Positions 26,600 through 38,362 of a stretch of 64,000 nt of DNA are shown here, in pieces. Below the pieces are notes generated by a model that was given only the letters and a program-made list of their open reading frames with translations, was not told the origin of the DNA and searched no databases. A program made the position numbers and the translations under genes. The stretch spans positions 22,737,942 through 22,801,941 of the forward strand of contig NC_081383.1 of NCBI RefSeq assembly GCF_030684315.1, read 5' to 3'. Source of the DNA: Stegostoma tigrinum (Eukaryota). Numbering within the stretch: position 1 is the stretch's first letter; every line of letters begins with the position of its first letter.

Positions 26600-27227
26600 A
26601 AATTGCAGTTCGCTTCAGCCATTTTCTGCCAGCGTTCATGTGGCAGCCATTTCATGTTGTCAGTTTGTTCAGCTTTATTAACAATAAAATCAGAACTCGG
26701 TTTTCCTATTTAACCTGCAGTGTTTAAAACCCTTACTTAGATGTATAAATTGAAGTTTAATTAAGAGTATATTGTTGACTTGGTGTCTTTTCATTATAAA
26801 AGGAACGTGCAGCATTAAATATCTGCTTGCCTTGCTCAACTGCAATCACTTTTTTTCAATTTTTGTTAGAATGTCATAAATATTTAAATTCGATTAAGTA
26901 ACTGGAGCCAAATTTCTTCCTTTGTTAGCCTAACTATTCCCTCTACTTTAAATAATTCAAGTTTGCTTTTTAATCAACTCTTGGCTGCAGTTCCCTGCCA
27001 CAATGTTCTTGGCTGCCATTTCAAGTACAAAAAAGCTTTTGGCAGCCATTTTAGATTGCTCCTTGAGCACTGTGTACATAGCCTCTAGCTGAGTGCCAGC
27101 ATGAGCAAGTGCCAAAATAGAAGTCCCAAACATTGTTCTGGCACTGCAGGTTGTGTGGAGATGACATAAGACATAAAGAAATTACATAACTATATCAAAT
27201 ACCAAAGTAATAATAAGAGATCTACCT
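26600..27227 (+). promoter_or_regulatory. Candidate promoter/regulatory block
   Basis: No recognisable repeats; TATAAAAG at 26795-26802; four same-orientation YY1-like GCCATTT motifs at about 26618, 26646, 27015 and 27045. Confidence 0.35.
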
Positions 27228-27267
27228 ATGTGCTTGAAAACTGTGAATTGCTGTATCTCCCTTCTTG
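27228..27267 (+). CDS. Candidate short alternative first coding exon (MCLKTVNCCISLL + 1 nt)
   Basis: ATG at 27228, open frame to a consensus donor TTG|gtaagt at 27268-27273; peptide not recognised. Confidence 0.25.
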
Positions 27268-27994
27268 GTAAGTACATTTAATACAATAAATATGAGACAT
27301 TTTTAGGTAAATCAGCTGATAGAAAAACTACAAAAATCTTTTGATTTCATGACATTACTTTGTTAACTTCTTTTCAGCCTTTATTGCATAATTAAATTTT
27401 CAAACCTACAGCTTTTTTGAAGCAAGCATCATCTGCAAATAGTTTTTAATTGATTGCTCCAAGTTCACTCCTAATCATCTACAATTTTCTCACCAATCAT
27501 TGCTGGAATGGATTTTACATTAACATTTAAATTCCAACTGCACTGTACCATCCGCTGCATCTGTTAGCTATTTTTGGCAAAGTTATTGCTTACTTGGCTG
27601 CAATCCCTTCCGTGTTACGATTAATGCAGTTCCAACTTAAAACCTTTATATTTTGCAAAAGGTAAATTTTTTAAAAAAATCTTTTCCTTCAAATTAAGTC
27701 CAGTTTGCAACAAGGAAGTTCAGCTACTCCCTGCTTCATCAAGGCCCGAGAGACACAGGAATTTCTTTTCATATGAAAGATTGCTGTCTGCAATTGGAAG
27801 GGAGCAGATTAAGTTCCGGCTTCAAAGTAGAAAAGGGGATTGGGACTTCTAAAACAATGACTGTACTACAAAAATAGCACAGAAGGGAGCAAATGATTGT
27901 GTCTCACAGGTACAAGTCATATAGATGGTATTTCTACTTTTAACACACTATATGTATTTCTCGTGACATACACGGTCAGTAAAAAGTGCTGATC

Positions 27995-28335
27995 TATTAG
28001 GGTAGACAGGAAGGAACCTTTCCACTTGATGCAACGATGAACCAGGAGGGGGCACAGAATTAAAATAGAGGCAGGACTTTCAAGGGGATATAAGGAAAAA
28101 TCCTTTTACCCAGAGGATAGTGGTAATCTGGAACTCACTGTGTGTACAGATGGTACAGGCAGAAACCCTCATCACATTTAAGACAAATTTAGATGTGCAC
28201 TTGCAATGCCAAGACGTACAAGGCTAGAGGCCAAGTGCCGGTAAACGGGATTAGATTAGTTCAGTGCTTGTTTATGACAGGCGCAGACTCAATGGGCCAA
28301 AGGCCCTTTTTCTGTACTGTAGCCCTCTATGACTT
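27995..28335 (+). mobile_element. CR1 LINE 3' end
   Basis: ttttacccagaggatagtggtaatctggaactcactg (FTQRIVVIWNSL); tail gcagactcaatgggccaaaggcc...ctgtactgtagccctctatgact. Confidence 0.85.
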
Positions 28336-29879
28336 CATTGCATCTAAATTACTGCTTAAGCCATTTCAAATTATACTTTGCTCTTGAAAAAAAATTTCTG
28401 TATGGGTATTTAAAATACTAATGTATCATTGAAATTTGCATCAGTTCACAGATTATCCGTATCAATTATACACAGTATGATGTGACCAGATAGCCCACAG
28501 ACTCTCAATGATGGCAGAGAGGGTAAAGATGTGCTTTAAGACCTTTTGTCTTATACTCATTAGAATTAGGATATATCATAGGAAGAGTCCTTCTCCAAAT
28601 TGAAGCAAGACAAAAAGCTTCGGCATTGTGTCTCCTTTTTAGCAATCTTTAAATGCCACATACGTTCAGTCTTAACCAAAGTTGGCTACACCCCGTGTAA
28701 AAAATGCATTCACTTCAAGTTCCAGAAACCCTTGTTTGCCAATTTGTCTATATTACAAGACTGCACTGGTTGGCAAATTCACAGTCAAACCATCTACTTC
28801 TGTGATGCAACTTGATCAAAAGTGAACTGTTGTGCTAACAGTTGAGGGTAAAAGTATCCCGTCTCAGTGTTTAAGTTTGAGGTTTAGCACAGCTGCAGAT
28901 AAAACAAAATAAAGAAGGCTTGTTTTCTATAAAGGTTAACAACACTTCAGCCCTGATGTTTGTAATGAGGACCATCATAGTGAAAAGGGGGGACAAGCCA
29001 AAATATGGTAATTCCTGACACCAAACATGGAACTTGTCATTTTTGTGCGGGCAGGCCAGATTTTGTGCATGCACAGTTCATGGAGATAGCTGGCTATCTA
29101 AATCGGATGCCCCCACTGAAGTGCTATTTTAGTAGCCCAGGAGTATGAAATCTGAAGTTTGCAGCTTAGCACTGAAAAGAGAAAGTCTGATCTTTGTGCA
29201 TTCCTTTGGACGCGGCACAGTATTCTTTTAGAGAGGTAAGATACCCCTCCGGATGTGGTCCTGAGATATTGTTGGGGGACTGTGCAGTACTTCCAGGGTC
29301 ACCCATCCGGGTGTCTAATACAGTCAACACCTTCCAACCAAAAATATGAAATGAGTTAAAAATCGGGTTTGTGGAGCCAATAACTTTCCCACCCCCATGC
29401 ACCCAACTCGCAATCAAAAATCCATGCTTTACATTTGATTAAATTGTGAATTAATCTTTTGGTACATTTCAATTGTTGCATTATAAGTGATTATATTTAA
29501 AAAGTACTCTGTTGGCTGCAAAAAAAACTTGATGTTTTATAATGCAAAAGAAAATCACAATTAAAAAAACAATTCCTTATTTAGAAGATTCAAGCTCATC
29601 TGAATATCTGTAGAACTGATAACAATTCTGACTACTTCACTTTAAAAATATAACCAATTGTAGGAAAGTTGATGGAATTCTCTCGACATTACCAGCAAGA
29701 ACAGAAATAAATGATTCAGATTTTCTCTCAAATACTGCAGTGCATTTATTTTAATGTGTTATTTTGTTACCATAGATTGTGGTGTAAAACTTGTCACAGC
29801 ATTTAAGATTACCCTATATTTCCAGTGCTAAAATGCTTGTTTAGGTCTGTAGTCAGCAATAGGTATATATGCACAGCTC

Positions 29880-31090
29880 CAGAATTAATCTGCACTTTCA
29901 GAAGCAGAGATTACTCAAGAACAATCAGCATGGTTTTGTTAAGGGGACGTCATGTCTGACCAACTTGGCTGAATTTTTCAAACAGATGACCAGGTGTGTA
30001 GATGTAGTTTACTTGGGCTTTAACCAGGCTTTTGATAAGGTCTCACATGAGAGGCTGATAGCAAACGTAGGTGTCCATGAGATCCAAGGAAATTTGGAAA
30101 ATTGGATCCAAAATTGACTGAGTGGCCGGAAGCAGGGGCTGATGGTTGAGGGGGTATTTTCATAACTGGAAGGCTGTGTCTAGAAGGATCTGTGTTGGGG
30201 CCTCGCTGTTTGTGCTGAGATGATTTAGACTTAAATGTAAGAGAGTTGATCCGTAAGTTTGCAGCTGATACAAAAATTGTTGGGGTAGTAAATAGTAACA
30301 AGGATAGTGTTGCATTACAGGAAGATATAAATGGGCTGGTCAGAGGTAATGCACTTGGGCTGGACAAAAAAGGCTAGGGAAAACATGATTATTGGTAAGA
30401 TCCACTGAAGCACTGAAGATCAGGGATCTTGATATGCATGTCCACTGGTTCTTTAAAGTAGTAAAACGGAAGATTAGAAGGTTAAGAAGACATGTTGGAT
30501 ACTTGCCACAATATTTGACAGCAGGGAGGTTATGCTTGAATTGTATAAAATGTTGATTAGGTCACAGCTAGAAAATTGCATGCATTTTCGGAATCCACAT
30601 TGTAGGAGGATTGTGATTGTACTAGAGAGAGTGCAGAGGAGATTTACCAGGATGTTACCTGAGCTAGAGAGTTTTAGTTATGAAGACAGATTGGACAGAC
30701 TGGGGTTGTTTTCCTTGGAGCAGAAGAGGCTGAAAGGAGACATGATTGAGATGTATAAAATTATGAGGTGGGGGTGTTAGGCGGAAAGAAACATTTCCTC
30801 TTGGAGGAGGAATCAATGACTAGGGACACTGACTGAAGATAAGGGGAAGGAGTGTAGAGGCTTTGTGAGGAGATTATTTTTCACCTAGAATGTGAGATAT
30901 CTGGAACTCATTGCCTGAATGGATGGCAGAGGCAGAAATCCTCAGAACATTTACATGTACAATTGCAATGCCAAGGCGTTGAAGGCTATAGGCTAAGTAC
31001 TGGATAGTAGAAATAGAAGAGTTAGGTGCTTGTTTTTGACTGATGCAAATTCAATGGGCAGGACTTTTTGCAGTGCTGTAGACCTGTGAC
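29880..31090 (+). mobile_element. CR1 LINE 3' ~1.2 kb, RT pseudogene
   Basis: NQHGFVKGTSCLTNL, VDVVYLGFNQAFDKVSHERL, aagtttgcagctgatacaaaa (FADD-like), LERVQRRFTRMLP; frameshifted. Confidence 0.92.
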
Positions 31091-31353
31091 TGCGACTCCC
31101 CATCCCAATTTCAACTGCTCAGCTAGTAAATGCATGTTAAGAACTGTACATGTATTAAGAGTTGACTTCAATTTTACAGCTCATTTAGGGTTACAGACAT
31201 CTTATAGTACATGGGATCAAGCAAGTTCAAGCAAGATACTGGCCATATTGCCAAGACGATGCATGGCAGCTGAATACACACCCATACAGCATATACCTGT
31301 GATGGCAAATGATGAATGGGAACGGCTCTTCCTACATCAATACTGGCAGTTCA

Positions 31354-31461
31354 CCCAAAACATCAGCTTTTTTGTTCCTCTGATGCTGCTTGGCCACTGT
31401 GTACATCGAGCTCTACACATTGTTATCTAAGATTCTCCAGCATTGGCAGTTCCCACTATCT
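31354..31461 (+). mobile_element. Decayed PLE terminal repeat (family 1)
   Basis: cccaaaacatcagc...gatgctgcttggcc...gttatctaagattctccagcattggcagttcccactatct matches 21984-22092. Confidence 0.8.
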
Positions 31462-32307
31462 ATCTCTCTCTCACATTTTATACTGCATGGTTAAAGCAAC
31501 TCCCATTTTCTAAGATTTTTTGAAGCTTCAAAAGTTAACTTGTAGGCCACATTTTATGACAGCTGTTGGAATGAATCAACTACTTAGCCACATCTACATG
31601 GAAATTAGAAGAGGGAGGAAAAGACTGTGTCACTATTGCACTGGTTCTCCAATTTGTACTGGTTTTCAGCACAACCCTTGTGCAAGTACAGGACTGACAA
31701 ATTAACCCACATGTACAAAAGTAACCAGATTTCAATGCCAAGTAACAAGGAAGAACAACAATGTAGGGTGCAGCCAACAGTCTTATACCAAAATCTACCC
31801 TCTAAATGCATCAGTTTGAATGAAATTACTTTCAAACGTTTATAAACACAGATGATAAAAATCTCCTTTAAATGGAAATGGAAGATTTCAGCACACAAAG
31901 TTCTTGCAATATTCTTATTATAATGATGATACTAAATTCCATTTACATTTTTAAAAAAAACTAAGACACATAACGTAATTGGTTTAATACACCATAGTTT
32001 ATCATTAAAATAGTGGATAAAGGATTTTCATAAACATGTGTCAAATATTTCTATACTAATAGTTGAACAGTGTATTTCCTCAGCCTTAGAGTATGGACTC
32101 CATATATCATTTGTACCTCAGATTTAATTAAATTAGCCACATGTTCAATTAAAAGTAATTGACTTCCCTCTGACAGACTCATCTGATGTAATATGGAAAA
32201 ATCGCTTAAATTTTGCCTTAAACGTATTTATAGGTAGTGGTCTTCAGGAAAGGAATGTGGACATATAGTCTGTCAAAGTCAACAGTGAAAGAAGACTGAA
32301 AAACTTC

Positions 32308-32523
32308 AAACAAAAGCAGAAATTGCTGGTGAAACTCAGCAGGTCTGACAGCAACTGTAGTAAGTTAATGTCATCAATTCAGTGACATTTCGTTCTGATG
32401 AAGACACATTGGACTCAAAACATTAATTTTACTTTCTCCCCACAGATGCTGCCAGATCTGCTGAGTTTTGCCAGCAATTTCCATTTTTGTTTCAGATCTC
32501 CACCATCCGTAGCTCTTGGTTTT
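32308..32523. mobile_element. PLE-like terminal-repeat mini-element, family 2, fold-back with degenerate hammerhead
   Basis: Arms about 32308-32358 and 32442-32492 are complementary; core ctgatga (32395-32401)...ggactcaaaacatt; unpaired tail of about 30 nt. Confidence 0.7.
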
Positions 32524-32751
32524 ATCATAAAAAAAGCTTTACCAGGTGATGCCAAACAGCCCACATGTTGGCAAAAAAATTGCAAACCTCATTCAGAGAT
32601 GTTTAAAGACGCCTGATGGGACCAGGGGTTGGAATCATCCTGTTGTAGATCATAGATAATGGGAACTGCAGATGCTGGAGAATCCAAGATAATAAAGTGT
32701 GAAGCTGGATGAACACAGCAGGCCAAGCAGCATCTCAGGAGCACAAAAGCT

Positions 32752-32779
32752 GACGTTTCGGGCCTAGACCCTTCATCAG
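32752..32779 (-). ncRNA. Minimal type I hammerhead ribozyme motif in the PLE terminal repeat
   Basis: Minus strand reads CUGAUGA-A-GGGU(CUAG)GCCC-GAAA-CGUC, identical to 14657-14684 and sense to the PLE ORF. Confidence 0.8.
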
Positions 32780-33007
32780 AGAGGCGGATGGGGTGAGGGT
32801 TCTGGAATAAATAGGGAGAGAGGGGGAGGCGGACCGAAGATGGAGAGAAAAGAAGATAGTGGAGAGGAGAGTATAGGTGGGGAGGGAGGGAGGGAATAGG
32901 TCAGTCCAGGGAAGTCAGACAGGTCAAGGAGGTGGGATGAGGTTAGTAGGTAGGAAATGGAGGTGCAGCTTGGGGTGGGCGGAAGGGATGGTGAGAGGAA
33001 GAACAGG

Positions 33008-33518
33008 TTAGGGAGGCAGAGACAGGCTGGGCTGGTTTGGGGATGCAGTGGGGGAAGGGGAGATTTTGAAGCTGGTGAAGTCCACATTGATACCATTGGG
33101 CTGCAGGGTTCCCAAGCGGAATATGAGTTGCTGTTCCTGCAACCTTCGGGTGGCATCATTGTGGCACTGCAGGAGGCCCATGATGGACATGTCATCTAAG
33201 GAATGGGAGGGGGAGTTGAAATGGTTCGCGAATGGGAGGTGCAGTTGTTTATTGCGAACCGAGCGGAGGTGTTCTGCAAAGCGGTCCCCAAGCCTCCGCT
33301 TGGTTTCCCCAATGTAGAGGAGGCTACACCGGGTACAATGGATACAGTATACCACATTGGCAGATGTGCAGGTGAGCCTCTGCTTAATATGGAAAGTGAT
33401 CTTGGGGCCTGGGATGGGGGTGAGGGAGGAGGTGCGGGGACAAGTGTAGCACTTCCTGCGGTTGCAGGGGAAGGTGTCGGATGTGGTGGGGTTGGAGGGC
33501 AGTGTGGAGCGAACAAGC
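33008..33518 (-). pseudogene. PLE GIY-YIG endonuclease domain, uninterrupted but 5'-truncated
   Basis: CNRRKCYTC linker, NVVYCIHCTRCSLLYIGETKRRLGDRFAEH, ANHFN, RRLQEQQLIFRLGTLQPNGIN; the ATG at 33529 lies in the TSD, so it is not a native start. Confidence 0.92.
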
Positions 33519-34108
33519 TTGTAGATCATTGCAGCTTTCCTGCATCTGACAGCAGGGATTTCTTCATTATATAACAGTACTGACAGCCCTCACCATTAAC
33601 ATATGCGAGTATAATAACTGTCCAGGCATTATATCTCATTTCTGCTCAAATTATGATTTTTTTAAAATCACAACACAATTTTGTTAAAATATTCAATTCA
33701 ACAACCTAGGCACATGTAGGCGAAGCAACAAAAAGACTTGAGGAAAAGCCACTGGCACCTCAATAAGTCAATAATGTCTGATTGAAGAACTGAATCTTTT
33801 CATTTACTCAAATTATAATGACTTATTTGTTGCAATACATTGCATTCTGCACAACATAGAGCGTAAAATCGATGCAGCTTTTTTCCTTAAGATATAAATC
33901 AAAGACTTGGGAGTGACATTGGCTTAGTTCTTACTGAGTCCTAGTAAAGTGCCAAATTTCATTTATCCAAAGAACTTATAATTGTCAGAAAACATCCTGA
34001 GGTAATTTGGCCAAGTATTACGATAATTCCTTAAGCATTTGCCAAGTGTGATAGCTTAACAAGGCACAAATGTTGCCAAATAGTTTTCAAACAATACACC
34101 CTTTTTGA

Positions 34109-34238
34109 TGTCTAGCAAAAGTGAAGACAAATTGTGATATTGTCGCAGGCAACCATCAATGTTATTTTTTAAAAAAACTAACAAACATTGATAGCTGCCT
34201 GTGACAATATCATAATTTGTCTTCACCTTTGCTCGACA
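34109..34238. repeat. Isolated inverted repeat, 55-bp arms with 20-nt spacer
   Basis: 34109-34163 vs reverse complement of 34184-34238: 6 mismatches, no gaps. Confidence 0.9.
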
Positions 34239-35789
34239 AACTAACTAGCCATGCGACTCCGTTGCACTCCAACTTATTCCTTTGCTGCCAGCCACAATGC
34301 AGCCTACTACAGCATACATGAGATTTAAGCAGTGAATTAATCTTTGTATTTATTGATTTCATTTGTCTTCTGCTAGCCATGAAGTCTCATCATAATATAG
34401 CCTTTTTCCAGGCAATTATATAATTGAAATATGTCTGACCTATGCAGAACAGCGGTCAGCTCAGTAAACATTCTCAACAACATAATCAGAACAACAGATA
34501 ATAAGGCTGAAGCTGGAATTGTACAAACTCTGGTCAAAGCATAATGTTTGGATACGTATCCAGCCTGGTGTCTAACAGACACTCAATTGCTGAAGACTGT
34601 GCAGAGAAAAGATACAACATTCATTATTATTGACAGTACTGTGAACTATGAAGAAGGATGGGACAGATTGCAACTTTTCACCCAGAGAGGAGGTATCATA
34701 AATTAAACTGTAGAAGTAGAGTAAAATAAAAATTAAGATTCATAGCATGAGATTCTTCACACTTCACAAGAACAGTCAAAGCAAATGCCCTTGAATCATT
34801 TAACAAACAATTGGATGCTACAATGAATGGGGGAAATGTAGAATCTCTCTGGATGAATGGGTTAAGATGAACCAAATGGCTTTCACCATGTGTATTTATT
34901 TTATGACACTGTGAAAATAAAGTACATGGCTAAAATACAGAATGACAAGTGTTTCCAACTACTTTAAGATGTTTCCTCTGTTAACACCTCACATTTGTCA
35001 GTTTGCTCAAAGTAATGACACTGAAACAGATGTGGAAAACTTTGCTCTGTTTTCACAAGGTTCTAACAGGAAAAGGAATGAAGCTTGCAGACCCACACCT
35101 GAAACAGTCAGAAACATGCAAATAATAGGATACTGACATGAACGTGAAGCCTTCTGCATCTTCAACCAACATTCTTGCTTGGTACTTATCACTTTTAATT
35201 GCTCCCTTTACAAATGGGCAATCAAAGGTGCTTGATGCTTTACGATGTGCGTAAAGTAAATGTGCCCAAAAGATTTTAAGCCACCTCTGCTTCGGTTTTC
35301 TTTCTGCAAGTAATTGGCTTTATCTGAGTCTATGTGCAAGTTGTTTTAATTTTAATTTGTTTCCAGCCTCATTACTAGTATTTAAGAGTTCAATAGTGGG
35401 AAGTCCCTTATTTGGCATTATCAAAGTAGGACAAATAATTGAAAGGCTGCCAATCAAGTTTGGCTGCCCATGAAATGTTCTGTGCCCCATGGGCCAACAC
35501 CTGCACACACATATCTGCAGACAGAGTGTATATACTTCACTTTGGCAGACTATTAATACAAGCTGAGGCACTAACACCAAAGGTAGGCTTTCAGAATTTT
35601 TCTCAGCTCGTGGGACATTTTCTTTCATTGTTCCCCTGCATTTGAGTTTCACTTCTGTGCAAGAGTCATTTTCCAGTATCAGTGCGCTCCATACAACTCT
35701 CTCAAAAAATGAAACATTGCTATCAGAATCTCTACAACTCTTGAAGGGCCCTTCCCAACACATTGAACATGAAATGTTAACACTGTTCC

Positions 35790-37085
35790 ACATTATTTCT
35801 GATGTCTTTGCCAATCAAAAATCTACTTCTGCCTTAAATACATTCATTCATTCAGCCTCCACTGCTCCCTGAGAAAGAGATTCCAAACACTGACTATCCT
35901 GTGAAAAAAAATTCTTCCTCATCCCCATTTTAAATGGGACACTCCTTATTTTGAAACTGTTCTCCTTTGTTCTAGACTATGTCAAGAGAGAAAAATCCTC
36001 TCAGCATAATCCATGTCAAACTCCTTCTCAATCTTATCGGTTTCAATAAGATCACTTTTCATTTTTCTAAGCTATCACTAGTACAGGCCCAATCAACTTT
36101 TCTTCAATATGCACACCCTTTCATATGGTGAATCAGCCTTATCAGCCTTCTCTTAATTGCTTTCAATTAAACATGTTTCTCCTTAAGTAAGGCAACCAAA
36201 ACCGTGCACAGTATGCACTATAGAATTGTAGGAAGGCTTGCCTAGTTTGATATCCCAACCCACTTGCCATTCCCCCTAATCCAACATTCCATTTGCCCTC
36301 CTTACTTGCTGAACCTTCATGCTAACATTTTGTGATTCAGGTACAAGCTCCCCAGATCTCCCTGCATTCTGCAGTTTCTCTCCATTTAAGTAATTTTTTT
36401 TCATTCTTCCTGCCAAAATGGAATCTGCACTATCCATTATCTGACACTTTTTTGTCTACTTACTTACCCAGTCTATATCCCCTGCAGACTGGTTGTATCT
36501 TTCTCACAACTTGCTTTCCTACCTAACTTTCTACAGATTGCAAGTAGTCGAGTTCACAACACCAACATTCCTCTAGCTCGTTTGCTAATCTAAAAATGAC
36601 ACATTTTATCCTGGTTTGTTGTTTCCTGTTAGTTAGCCAATCCTCTGTTTCTGCTAATTTATCACCCTGCCCATCTCTAACAACGACTACCCCCCAAAAA
36701 ATCAGCAATTTACTTCTACAATGTCCATTTTAAGAGGCACCTCTCCAAATATCTTTTCACAATCCACCCTGCTTGATCCATCCACAAATAACTTTAATAA
36801 ATTTGTCAATTTCTTTTCCTGAAACTGTGGTGACTGTGCATGATTGTGTTAGGATTTTCCAAATGTCTTCTTGTGACTTCAAAAATAATAAGTTAGATTA
36901 GGTTGATAGGTTAATTAAATTTTTCCAAAAGTCAGTTGTTGTACTCACTAGTTTATAGGTTCCTGCTTTCTATCCCTCTCCTTTCTTGCAGAATCGTGTA
37001 ACATTTAAAGCTTTCCAATTTGCTGGGTTCTTTCCAGAATCTAGGGAATTTTGGAAGATTACAACAAATACATCCACACTCTGCA
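35790..37085 (-). mobile_element. Decayed CR1 LINE (RT to 3' end)
   Basis: Minus-strand CR1 hallmarks: tcagcctccactgctccctgagaaagagattcc, ttcctgccaaaatgg, gttagttagccaatcct, ggttcctgctttct, ccagaatctagggaattttggaagatt. Confidence 0.75.
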
Positions 37086-37769
37086 ATGTCCAAAGCTCAG
37101 ATTCCTGCCCATCAATTTGGATGTACCTCAAGTTGCAGTCCCTTCTTGCTCATGTGTTTTGATACACGACTTTCTTACTTTGATAAATAAACAAATATTG
37201 CTGATTTAAATTTAATTTAAACAGCAATCAAGGTTAAAATGAAAGAGATACACCACGCAAGTAAGACTGGATTCACTCCATATCATCAGTGGGACTAATT
37301 TGTATGAGGCAAATGCTAGTACACTATTCAAAATAGCTTCAGACAACAGTTCAAAATGGGTCATATGGTTTGGAAAAGTTTGTTCAAGAAAAATAAAACT
37401 AGATATGGCCAATTTAGGGACAGAGTTGGATTGAGATCTTTCTGTTCCATTTGCAAAAACAGGAATTCAAATAAAGGCAAACTTTAAGTCATGCTGTCTT
37501 CGTCTTTACAGAAAGTAAGTACAGAGCAATGGTGTTAAGTGACTCTAATTTAAATTAACAGGTGGTGCCCCATTAGGAAACTTTTTTCCCCTCTGTTATT
37601 TGTATGATATAGAAAGGCGCACATCAAGGGTAACAAAAAAAACTGCAATAAATCTAACTACAACAGATTTATTTGTTTAAACACATTAGCTGAGGGTTAA
37701 GAACAGGTTAGGAAACCTGTTTCTTCCCAAAATGTCTTGAGATCTGATCTCCCCTCCCTGAGCCCTCAC

Positions 37770-37920
37770 TTGGGTTGGCCAAGGGAAATTGCCCCATAGT
37801 GTTCAGGGATCTGTAGATTAAGTGGGTTTATAAGGTATGGGTTTGGGTGGGATGTTCTGTGGGTTGGTGTGGGCTTGTTGGACTGAAGAGCCTGTTTCCA
37901 CACTGTAAAGGTCCTGTGAT
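37770..37920 (+). mobile_element. 3' half of an HE1-type SINE
   Basis: ggaaattgccccatagtgttcagggat...gggtgggatg...gcctgtttccacactgta. Confidence 0.8.
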
Positions 37921-38067
37921 CCACGCCAAAGATAGAATTGTTCTAAAGCTCTGTACTGGCTATTTCCTTGGAGACTATTACTCTATTTTAGTTGATTTAT
38001 AAATGTTATTTATGAAGTGACTTTACAGAATAAATTGAAATCCTGGTTAAAATTAAGATGCCACCAT

Positions 38068-38362
38068 GAGGAGCATGATGGCCAGGAGTTGGCAATGCTG
38101 CCACACAGTACCAAGCATACTGGTTTGTTTCCAGCTTTGGGTGACTGTCTGTGTGGAGTTTGCACATTCTTCCCAGGCCTGTTGGGTTTCTGCTAGCTGT
38201 CCTGGTTTCCTCCCACAGTCCAACGATGTGCAGTTTATGTGGATTAGCCATGGTAAATATGGGAATAGTGTTGGGGGTTTGGGAGCCAGGAGGATGCTTT
38301 TCGGAGTGTCAGTGCATACTCAATGGGCTGAAAGACCTCTTTTCACACTGCAGAGGTTCGAT
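38068..38362 (+). mobile_element. HE1-type V-SINE, older copy
   Basis: gggtgactgtctgtgtggagtttgcacattct...ggtttcctcccacagtcc V-domain. Confidence 0.85.

Larger units (their letters stand above)
32654..33518 (-). mobile_element. 5'-truncated Penelope-like retroelement
   Basis: GIY-YIG endonuclease frame followed by a pyrimidine-rich 3' region, hammerhead motif and terminal repeat; exact 11-bp TSD ttgtagatcat (32643-32653, 33519-33529). Confidence 0.93.

Noticed and set aside
26260-26727. 155-aa ORF
   Set aside because: Includes a low-complexity C/A tract, has no recognisable domain and overlaps the regulatory-like block
32776-33574. Several overlapping ORFs on both strands
   Set aside because: Shadow frames of the GC-rich PLE; only the 33008-33518 minus frame has a domain
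35320-35814. 164-aa minus-strand ORF
   Set aside because: No motif or splice support; begins in a CR1 tail region
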